A stretch of DNA of 14,011 bases, taken from the UHGV virus genome UHGV-0131161, one strand, 5' to 3'. The notes beneath the pieces are model-generated. The model saw only the letters and a program-made list of their open reading frames with translations. It had not been told where the DNA came from and did no database searches. The DNA comes from a virus. The position numbers and the translations under genes are program-made. Each line of letters opens with the position of its first letter. Position 1 is the first letter of the stretch. Shown in pieces: positions 7,035 to 13,565 of this stretch.

Positions 7035-7787
7035 TCACTCTCCTTTGATGCGAATGCCAGCGTCAGACATCATATGCAGATACTCAACTGCATCCTGAAC
7101 CCATTGACCGCCAATCCCGTAATAGCGATGCGTAATGATGTCGATAGTTACTAACGGGTCTTGTTCGATTAACTTCCGCAGAAACTCTTCCAGGTCACCA
7201 GTGCAGTGCTTGATGACAGGAGTTTTCCCAGGATGGCGAACAACAAGAAACTGATTTCCGACTTCACGGACTTCGTTGCTTTCCAGTTCTGCAATGCGCT
7301 TCTCTGAGGCTTCCAGCTTCTCGCGCATATCGTCAACGTACTCGACCAGAGAACCGCCAGCAGGAATTTCGCACTCCTCGACCAGTTGGAAGTAGATATC
7401 AGCTGCGGCCCGTGTGTTGCTATGCCTAGCGTCGCCCATCTCACCTTCACGAAGAGCATCGCGTTCGGCGGTAAGATTGGCTATTTTGCTGTCTTTGCCT
7501 TCCAGCTCAACGCGCAGCCTCCCAACCGTAAGCGCAATATCCTCGTTCTCCTGGTCGCGTGATTTGATGTATTGCTGGTTTCTTTCCCGTTCATCCAGTA
7601 GTGCCAGCACGGTTTCTGGTCCGGCCAGAAATTTGAAGGCGTTGAGCGCATCAATATCCACACCGTAATCTTTAAGTTCCTGTTCACTTAACAAATCATC
7701 ATCAACTGGCAACATTAACAGGCGTTCCATTGCCGGAATTGCACGTTCTGCCGCCTCACGCAGTGCCTGATAGTCAATCTTGCTCAT
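7035..7787 (-). CDS. Ead/Ea22-like family protein (250 aa), paralog 2
   Basis: N-terminus MSKIDYQALREAAERA..., which I associate with lambdoid Ea22-like early accessory proteins; central coiled-coil-like region. Family assignment from memory. Confidence 0.6.
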   Translation of the reverse strand: MSKIDYQALREAAERAIPAMERLLMLPVDDDLLSEQELKDYGVDIDALNAFKFLAGPETVLALLDERERNQQYIKSRDQENEDIALTVGRLRVELEGKDSKIANLTAERDALREGEMGDARHSNTRAAADIYFQLVEECEIPAGGSLVEYVDDMREKLEASEKRIAELESNEVREVGNQFLVVRHPGKTPVIKHCTGDLEEFLRKLIEQDPLVTIDIITHRYYGIGGQWVQDAVEYLHMMSDAGIRIKGE

Positions 7788-7788
7788 G

Positions 7789-8088
7789 TCACATCACCCT
7801 GAATCCGTTGCATTTACGTAAGAAATCGCAGATATAGCCCTTCATTTTTTCATGCCAATCTCGATCATTCCCATTGCACCAACCATCAGGTGGAGTCCAG
7901 TTTTCTATCAGAGCAGCCATTTTCTTTGCTTTCGCCGGAGTAGCTGTTGCGGTATCGCAGTAATGACGAGTGTCAACCAACGCATCCATACCATCGATAT
8001 CAAGTACGCAAAACCATGTGTGATTCGGCATTTCAACAGATGGTATTTGTTGCCCACGTCGACGTTTATCAATAAGACATACAGTCAC
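7789..8088 (-). CDS. Hypothetical protein (99 aa) between the two Ea22-like genes
   Basis: GTG start at 8088 with a strong RBS (AAGGAGG 7 nt upstream), overlapping the upstream stop (GTGA). Its stop lies 1 nt before the next ATG. Confidence 0.55.
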   Translation of the reverse strand: MTVCLIDKRRRGQQIPSVEMPNHTWFCVLDIDGMDALVDTRHYCDTATATPAKAKKMAALIENWTPPDGWCNGNDRDWHEKMKGYICDFLRKCNGFRVM

Positions 8089-8723
8089 TGGTTGCCTCCT
8101 TTGCGAAGCTGTTCAGCAATACTTACGCATATCTCTGCGCCTCTAATCAGCCCCGGAACGTTCTTGTTTGGCCCAACTTCACCATCAACAAAATCAATCA
8201 TCGCGTTACGAGCCATATCCACGCCCTGCGCCCGTACTTCAGCCAGGAAAGCATCGGTGGCTGGAATGGGCTTTTGTGGTGATATAGCAATGCGAATTGT
8301 CTCAAGGTCTGGATCTGTTTCCGCTGCTGGCACCTTGATATAACCCATCTGCACCCCATTCATGATGAACCTGCGACGGTCATCACATATCGCCTTTAGC
8401 CCCGCATTCTCGGCCACCAGCGCCGCGAGATTAGTCTCAAGCTCTGCAATTCGACACATAGCATCAATATTTGTGTCCTCCAGGCACTTAATTTCACCAA
8501 GCAGCTCCAGTGCAACCTTTGGGTTGAACGCGGCAACATGACGAGCGTTGTTCTCTGCATTTTTCTGTCCATCAAAGCCGGTCCATTTGATAACGTCTTC
8601 ACATCGTTCATCACCGGGCGTGTGCACCGCATAAGTACCAGTATCCGTCGAAATAAATGCGACCCATTCGTCTGGTGTTGCCTTTTCTGCCGCCTCACGC
8701 AGTACCTGATAGTCAATTGTCAT
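8085..8723 (-). CDS. Ead/Ea22-like family protein (212 aa), paralog 1
   Basis: Start reassigned to the ATG at 8723 (MTIDYQVLREAAEKATPDEW...), which overlaps the upstream stop (ATGA) and has GAAGGA upstream. Shares a 33-nt near-identical 5' segment with paralog 2. Confidence 0.6.
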   Translation of the reverse strand: MTIDYQVLREAAEKATPDEWVAFISTDTGTYAVHTPGDERCEDVIKWTGFDGQKNAENNARHVAAFNPKVALELLGEIKCLEDTNIDAMCRIAELETNLAALVAENAGLKAICDDRRRFIMNGVQMGYIKVPAAETDPDLETIRIAISPQKPIPATDAFLAEVRAQGVDMARNAMIDFVDGEVGPNKNVPGLIRGAEICVSIAEQLRKGGNQ

Positions 8724-9364
8724 TCTCGCCATCCTTCACAGTTGTAATCACTACAGCCTTCAAAATCATATGGGCTGTACTGCCAGGTTATTTTTCCGCA
8801 ATGCGGACAATTCCAACGCACCTTCCCGCTTCGCGACTTCTTTCTTCTGTTCTGCTCTTTCAACCAGTCAGGCATGACCAAACCTGCGCCCTGAACCATT
8901 GTTCTGCGGTTAAAGTTATTGATATTGAACGTCCGACGCTTTGCTGAATCAGCAATGGAAAATGGCAACCAAACTATTCCTGGTTCGTTTTTGTTGGCGA
9001 CGCTAAAGATGGTCGCTTTACTGAAGTCATCTGTTGGCAATCCACCGTGTTGAAGCCAGTAAACATCGTTGCCGTTCCAGCTACCTTTTTTGTAGGCCAC
9101 ATACGCAGTGCAATCTGACTCAATCAGGCTTTCTGTAGGGATGTACTGGCAATCAACGTGCCACACAGCCATTGCATCCACACTATCGGCACAAACAGGC
9201 TGATCGATATCTCGCCCACAATTCCAGGCTTTTTGGGCTTCTTCCAGCGTGTAAACATGAGCGCGATCGATATCAGAACTGTAACCATTGCCGTTATGGC
9301 AATGGAATGAAGCGTTATTACCCACAGTTTCACGCAAGCACATCATGTAAAAGCGGTTATTCAC
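8720..9364 (-). CDS. Hypothetical protein (214 aa) with a C-terminal Cys cluster
   Basis: C-terminal NCPHCGK...CSDYNC (CxxC-N15-CxxxxC), a possible zinc ribbon. Coupled to flanking genes by overlaps. Confidence 0.55.
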   Translation of the reverse strand: MNNRFYMMCLRETVGNNASFHCHNGNGYSSDIDRAHVYTLEEAQKAWNCGRDIDQPVCADSVDAMAVWHVDCQYIPTESLIESDCTAYVAYKKGSWNGNDVYWLQHGGLPTDDFSKATIFSVANKNEPGIVWLPFSIADSAKRRTFNINNFNRRTMVQGAGLVMPDWLKEQNRRKKSRSGKVRWNCPHCGKITWQYSPYDFEGCSDYNCEGWRE

Positions 9365-9572
9365 TGGTCGCCTCCCAGCAAATTTGTCTTATATAAGAAC
9401 TGTTAACGCGCTTTACTTTCCCGTCGAACTCCAGTTTCTTTAGACGACGCAAAACGTATGCCGTTTTGAGTGTGCGATATTTATCCCTAAGCCAGTTGGT
9501 CACGACGTAAGTCATACAGCGCCCGTGTTCTTCCAACACCCGAACTATTTCTTCGTCGGTTGGCTTGCTCAT
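9357..9572 (-). CDS. Small basic hypothetical protein (71 aa), possible DNA-binding fold
   Basis: Basic product (…LRRLKKLEFDGKVKRV…); ATGA overlap with the upstream gene. Fold assignment is speculative. Confidence 0.5.
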   Translation of the reverse strand: MSKPTDEEIVRVLEEHGRCMTYVVTNWLRDKYRTLKTAYVLRRLKKLEFDGKVKRVNSSYIRQICWEATSE

Positions 9573-9790
9573 TTTGTCGCTCCTTCAGCTTTCTCTACTT
9601 TCGCTGCCATGATTTCCAGCTTTTGTGCTGCCGATACCGCTAACCTGTGAAATTCTTCATCTGTTTCAACTGGAATTGGTACAAACCTGACACCAATTTG
9701 AGCAAGGCTATGCGCCATTTCGAGACTTGCTCTTAACTCTGCTGGGGATGCTTTATTCAGGCCGACTTCCTCACAAATAACTGATTGCAT
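9569..9790 (-). CDS. Small hypothetical phage protein (73 aa)
   Basis: ORF in the coupled gene train; no motif recognised. Confidence 0.5.
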   Translation of the reverse strand: MQSVICEEVGLNKASPAELRASLEMAHSLAQIGVRFVPIPVETDEEFHRLAVSAAQKLEIMAAKVEKAEGATK

Positions 9791-9799
9791 ACGCTCGCC

Positions 9800-10525
9800 C
9801 TACTGAATACGCTCAAACTCGATTACCCAAACCCAGGGATTAGCACTCCAGCTTTCTTCGCCGTAGATGGACTCCCACAGACGCTGGAACGCAACCTTTG
9901 CCATTGCGAAGTCCCCATTGGGAGTAAGGAATGTTCCCGGGTAATCAGGAAGCAAACTTCCAGCAGGCGGAACGCCCTCAGCCCCTGCATCGCATTCGCT
10001 GATATCGTTCAACCGCTCAACGCGCACGTTGGTAATTTCCAACAGAATGCGTGATGCCCATCGCGGCATGTGAATTGATGGACGCCACCCACCATCAAAC
10101 TTTTCATTCACAGTGTGAGGTTTCCAGTCGGCATCATCGGGTATCGACCATAAGCCGTAATCACCAGGCTTTTGCTCACAACTGGCCCGATAAATCCTTG
10201 CTGCGCTCTTCTCATCGCCACGACAAAGGTTGTCGTTCCAGTCCACACTGCAACCATCCTCATTGCCTAATATCGCCCATGTTTCACGAACCCAAATTCG
10301 ATCGCCGACGATACCAAAGGGGCAATTGAAAACACTGCTTACACCATCAGCCCCGTACCACTGAAAACCTGCACCAATTTTTCTAACCATCACTGGTGCT
10401 TCTGGACCAACTTCCGCAGGCTGATTTTTCATTATCCGCCGCGTCTGCGTTTTCCTTCCTTCGAGGATGGCCCGGACCATCTCATCGTTGAAAATCATGC
10501 CGCGCTCTTTCACTTCGCCTTTCAT
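9800..10525 (-). CDS. Putative ASCH/PUA-like domain phage protein (241 aa)
   Basis: N-terminal MIFNDEMVRAILEGRKTQTRR resembles the conserved start of phage ASCH-domain proteins as I recall it. ATG at 10525 lies 7 nt after the stop of the 28-aa peptide ORF. Confidence 0.55.
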   Translation of the reverse strand: MKGEVKERGMIFNDEMVRAILEGRKTQTRRIMKNQPAEVGPEAPVMVRKIGAGFQWYGADGVSSVFNCPFGIVGDRIWVRETWAILGNEDGCSVDWNDNLCRGDEKSAARIYRASCEQKPGDYGLWSIPDDADWKPHTVNEKFDGGWRPSIHMPRWASRILLEITNVRVERLNDISECDAGAEGVPPAGSLLPDYPGTFLTPNGDFAMAKVAFQRLWESIYGEESWSANPWVWVIEFERIQ

Positions 10526-10534
10526 GCATCCCCC

Positions 10535-10621
10535 TTACCCATGCGCGACGATGCCGCCAAAAGTGATAGAGAACAGCCAGAAATAGATCGCGGCCATAAT
10601 GATTTTGAATGCCGTGTTCAT
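10535..10621 (-). CDS. Small hydrophobic peptide (28 aa), first ORF of the long operon; not in the ORF track
   Basis: ATG at 10621 with AGGAG 8 nt upstream; product MNTAFKIIMAAIYFWLFSITFGGIVAHG; TAA at 10535-10537. Confidence 0.4.
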   Translation of the reverse strand: MNTAFKIIMAAIYFWLFSITFGGIVAHG

Positions 10622-10648
10622 ATTTTCAGCTCCTGTGATTGATTAGAT

Positions 10649-10680
10649 ACATGCCGCGCCTTGCGGCATGTTTTTATTTT
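10649..10680 (+). terminator. Rho-independent terminator-like hairpin, U-tract on the plus strand
   Basis: ACATGCCGC (10649-10657), loop GCCTT, GCGGCATGT (10663-10671), then TTTTATTTT (10672-10680). The U-tract is on the plus side even though the flanking genes are on the minus strand. Confidence 0.5.
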
Positions 10681-10703
10681 CACTTTCCCTGCTTTAAAAA
10701 TCA

Positions 10704-10720
10704 AGATTTATTAGAGCAAT
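10704..10720 (-). promoter_or_regulatory. P1 C1-repressor operator-like site (16/17 to consensus)
   Basis: Minus-strand ATTGCTCTAATAAATCT against the recalled consensus ATTGCTCTAATAAATTT. Overlaps the stop of the HAD phosphatase gene and lies about 85 nt upstream of the first ORF of the long operon. Confidence 0.5.
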
Positions 10721-11226
10721 TACTGCTGATGAAGAAGCGCATTTTCATACTCCCTGACCATTAACGTAAGCACGCCGTGTCTCCTGAAAACACGCGCCAC
10801 TTCAATCTTATCTTCCAGCGCGAACGCAATTTTACTTAGACCAATTTTCTTAAGGAGATCAATCTTTGCTGGGCCGTCATTTCTGTCATCGGTGGCAGGG
10901 CGCATAGATAGCAAAGGCTCAGCCCCGTTTGTTACGTACTTCCGCAGCCAAGCTCGTGTTTTATCCCTTGCGATCTCACAGCGCCCGGTTACAAACCAGA
11001 CCGTGTAAACGTTAAATAACTGGCGCACAATATCAATAACTGGAGTTATGGGAGTATCAGTGTCACAGGCGAGATTAAACTCGTTCCAGTCCTTTGTTAA
11101 TGCACCTTTACCTGGTGGCGGAAGCAAATGCAGTCTGTCTTCCGTTGCCTCCGATATTGTTCCATCAATATCGACTATGACGATATACGGACGTTCCTGG
11201 TGTGCGTGTTTATTGAAAATACTCAA
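10720..11226 (-). CDS. HAD-superfamily phosphatase (P1 pap-like acid phosphatase candidate)
   Basis: HAD motif I VDIDGT near the N-terminus (…PYIVIVDIDGTISE…). TTG start at 11226 with a strong RBS (GAGGAGGG); the upstream in-frame stop leaves no ATG option. Confidence 0.65.
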   Translation of the reverse strand: MSIFNKHAHQERPYIVIVDIDGTISEATEDRLHLLPPPGKGALTKDWNEFNLACDTDTPITPVIDIVRQLFNVYTVWFVTGRCEIARDKTRAWLRKYVTNGAEPLLSMRPATDDRNDGPAKIDLLKKIGLSKIAFALEDKIEVARVFRRHGVLTLMVREYENALLHQQ

Positions 11227-11243
11227 ATGCCCTCCTCATTGGA

Positions 11244-11279
11244 CGAAAAAAATGCTGGTGGGACGCACTCCACCAGCAT
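11244..11279 (-). terminator. Rho-independent terminator after the coiled-coil protein gene; stem formed by a Chi octamer and its complement
   Basis: ATGCTGGTGG (11252-11261), loop GACGCACT, CCACCAGCAT (11270-11279). On the minus strand it is followed by TTTTTTT (complement of 11244-11250). Confidence 0.6.
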
Positions 11280-11299
11280 TAAAAGTGACACTGTAACTA

Positions 11300-12562
11300 T
11301 CAGCGAACGTAAATAGTGCCGCCGTTCTCTTTTTCCCATGCGTCGCTACGTGCATAGCAAACATCGAGAAGTCTTCTTGCCGCTGTTTCCTCTAAACCCA
11401 ATTCGACAACCAACTGTTCATGACGGCGGGTAACCACATCAAACAACGTATGCAGCCCTTTAGTTGCCAGTTCATCAATGAATTCCGGTTCGAACGGTAG
11501 CTCTGCATCTGCCAACATAACCTCTTGCGCCCACTCGACACGGCGGACCAGTTCCGGGCGGCGGCTTTCCATCTCTTTACAGATCAATTCATGGAAGAAC
11601 TCTACCCAACCTTCCGGCTGGAACTCGCGGAAAATGGCCAGCGGCTGGAAGTTTGGCATCAACCATTCGTTGATTCGGATATCAATGGCATAGCCCATGT
11701 CACAGCAGAACTGATAAGCAAAGTCCAGCTTAGAAACGATATAAGGGCGCTCGTTATTGAACTCTTTAGGCGATGAGATCCCATAAGCCAGGAGGCGCGG
11801 GAAGAAGGATATTTGCCCTAACGTCGGATGGAGTTTACTTGCAGGGAAACGGCGCTCAGTAATGCCATACATTTCCTTCTTGAGTGTCGCAAATTTGGCA
11901 TTTTCATTAACCAGCTCGGTAACCTCTGCTTTTTTATTAGCAAATGCCACGCGCGCCTCACTTGCATCTTTAATGGCCTTTTTGAGCTGTTGGTTAAGGT
12001 CGGCGACCTGCTTACGCAGTTCCTGGCGCTCGCTTTTGGCTTTGTTATAGCGTTTCTCAAGGTTAAAAGGATCAAGTTTCATGATCTCTTTATATTGAGA
12101 TTTTAGCGTTGAAATCTGTGAGTTCCGCAGCTCAACCATCGCAGTCATTTCATTGAGTTTTGTTTCCAACTCAATGCTTATACGTTCGGCATTATCAGCA
12201 CGCTGGTTGGCGTCATGCGTCGCATCGTCGATGGCGTCCTGTTGCTGGCGTTTCAAATGCTCAATTTGCAGCTGAAGCTCTTCAATTTCTTTCCCCTTCA
12301 GACCGAGATCCAGCTGCATATTTTCAGCTGCATCTACCAGGTCGTTATGGCTATCAGCTTCTGCGTTATAAACATCAATAAGCTGTGCGTGAAGCATCTC
12401 AGCTGACTGAACCGCATTATCAAAAAAACGTGCTGTGAGGTCATCACAACTAACGCGGCGTTGCGCGGCTCGGATGTTCTGAATAATGGCCGGGATACCG
12501 GCATTCAGGACGTCAGGGATAGATACATTTTCGATTGATTGGTTTTGTGCTGAAGTGCTCAT
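11300..12562 (-). CDS. Coiled-coil protein (420 aa) with a C-terminal globular region (P1 pmgS-position gene)
   Basis: Residues about 70-230 are heptad-like and rich in E/K/Q/L (…EIEELQLQIEHLKRQQQDAIDDATHDANQRADNAERISIELETKLNEM…). Its start is 1 nt after the stop of the upstream small gene. Confidence 0.65.
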   Translation of the reverse strand: MSTSAQNQSIENVSIPDVLNAGIPAIIQNIRAAQRRVSCDDLTARFFDNAVQSAEMLHAQLIDVYNAEADSHNDLVDAAENMQLDLGLKGKEIEELQLQIEHLKRQQQDAIDDATHDANQRADNAERISIELETKLNEMTAMVELRNSQISTLKSQYKEIMKLDPFNLEKRYNKAKSERQELRKQVADLNQQLKKAIKDASEARVAFANKKAEVTELVNENAKFATLKKEMYGITERRFPASKLHPTLGQISFFPRLLAYGISSPKEFNNERPYIVSKLDFAYQFCCDMGYAIDIRINEWLMPNFQPLAIFREFQPEGWVEFFHELICKEMESRRPELVRRVEWAQEVMLADAELPFEPEFIDELATKGLHTLFDVVTRRHEQLVVELGLEETAARRLLDVCYARSDAWEKENGGTIYVR

Positions 12563-12563
12563 T

Positions 12564-12782
12564 TCAAAGTTCCGTATTAGCTTGTGCTTCGGTCATTTTT
12601 CCTAAGTATGAAGGTGGAAGGACTACGCAATTTGTATCCAGTCCCTCACCAATGGCAGCCTGTAAAATTCTGGCTAAGGTGAGTCTCTTGTTGCGATACC
12701 GGGTGATGACATGCCTGATATCGCCGGACGGTGTAACAAAGGCGATCAGCCAGTAGTGATATTTCCGTCGGAATGGCCACAT
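12564..12782 (-). CDS. Small hypothetical protein (72 aa)
   Basis: ATG at 12782 with AAGGTG 6 nt upstream, directly downstream of the operator/terminator complex. Confidence 0.5.
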   Translation of the reverse strand: MWPFRRKYHYWLIAFVTPSGDIRHVITRYRNKRLTLARILQAAIGEGLDTNCVVLPPSYLGKMTEAQANTEL

Positions 12783-12796
12783 AGTGCACCTTATGG

Positions 12797-12862
12797 ATTG
12801 CTCTAATAAAAAACGTGATGAGTGTACATCACGTTTTAAAAATATGGAATTATTAGAGCAAT
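12797..12862 (-). promoter_or_regulatory. Pair of inverted P1 C1 operator-like sites flanking a 10-bp-stem terminator hairpin
   Basis: Plus-strand ATTGCTCTAATAAAAAA (12797-12813; 14/17) and minus-strand ATTGCTCTAATAATTCC (complement of 12846-12862; 14/17) flank the hairpin AAACGTGATG (12811-12820) / CATCACGTTT (12827-12836). A T-run follows the hairpin on the minus strand. Confidence 0.5.
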
Positions 12863-12863
12863 A

Positions 12864-13565
12864 TTATTCTGATTCTTGCTCAAAAAACGCGCTAATGAGG
12901 GGAAGCCAATCCTCTGACACTTCGCGAGGTCGCGGTTTGCCGTGGAAAAAGATTATTCGGCAGTCCTTTGGTAATGCCCCATTCCCCCTGGAGTAACGCG
13001 CGCTTGCATATTTAGAACCAGGTTCCACAACATCGGCCTTGTAACTTACAAACCATCCCGGATACAGATCCTGAAATGCTGGTGTGTCATCGCCCATAAC
13101 CTTCCGCAAGAACCCCTGATCACCCCAGCACTCAGTAGTAACACAACGAGCAATCCAACCTTCCGGATCTTGCCAGAATGCACTCCAGATGTGCGCTTTT
13201 ACACTATTTGGTATCCACAGAGCACCGCTGCCACGATATTGTGGATGGTAAAAATCCCTAAGCATGGTGAAGCTGGTTGGTGGATTCTCAAGAATTGGGC
13301 GTATATCACCGGCAATAACCGTGTCCAAATCCAGGTAGAAGAGATCATCGGTTATATCCGGTCGAAACAACTCGATTTTCGCCCACCAGCCACGGCACTT
13401 TTGCCACTGGTTGATTAATGGGACAACCTTAACGCCTGGCACATGTAAACTCTTCAGGTCTGTCAGGCAAATAATTTCATAGCCTTTTGGCAGCTGATTA
13501 ACCAGCCACTGCACATCGGAAGCGTTATAGTCGCCACCAGAGCGAAGAACTAAAGCAATCTTCAT
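12864..13565 (-). CDS. Putative DxD-motif nucleotide-sugar transferase-like protein (233 aa; P1 pmgQ-position gene)
   Basis: N-terminal strand MKIALVL and an acidic DLD triad in YLDLDTV near residue 80, reminiscent of GT-A glycosyltransferases; low-confidence fold guess. ATGA overlap with the phosphatase gene stop. Confidence 0.55.
   Translation of the reverse strand: MKIALVLRSGGDYNASDVQWLVNQLPKGYEIICLTDLKSLHVPGVKVVPLINQWQKCRGWWAKIELFRPDITDDLFYLDLDTVIAGDIRPILENPPTSFTMLRDFYHPQYRGSGALWIPNSVKAHIWSAFWQDPEGWIARCVTTECWGDQGFLRKVMGDDTPAFQDLYPGWFVSYKADVVEPGSKYASARYSRGNGALPKDCRIIFFHGKPRPREVSEDWLPLISAFFEQESE

Noticed and set aside
6449-8947. Plus-strand and alternative-frame ORFs across the DUF551/Ea22 region (6449..6688, 6483..6818, 6960..7154, 7169..7459, 7414..7668, 7481..7687, 7852..8343, 8396..8716, 8538..8747, 8657..8947)
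   Set aside because: Each is nested within or antisense to a longer minus-strand gene with coupling signals; no RBS support.
9124-10329. ORFs 9124..9333(-), 9172..9396(+), 9785..10054(+) and 10051..10329(+)
   Set aside because: Alternative-frame or antisense overlaps of the 214-aa and ASCH-like genes.
10560-10648. A plus-strand promoter driving an antisense RNA that ends at the 10649-10680 terminator
   Set aside because: Only weak -35/-10 candidates (e.g. CATAAT at 10595-10600 without a good -35). Kept as a hypothesis in the findings but not annotated as a feature.
11048-12756. ORFs 11048..11296(+), 11128..11316(+), 11478..11693(+), 11525..11776(+), 11818..12075(-), 11828..12106(+), 11862..12050(+), 12160..12381(+), 12215..12406(+) and 12535..12756(+)
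   Set aside because: Shadow ORFs within or antisense to the HAD phosphatase and coiled-coil genes; the long uninterrupted minus frames are far better supported.
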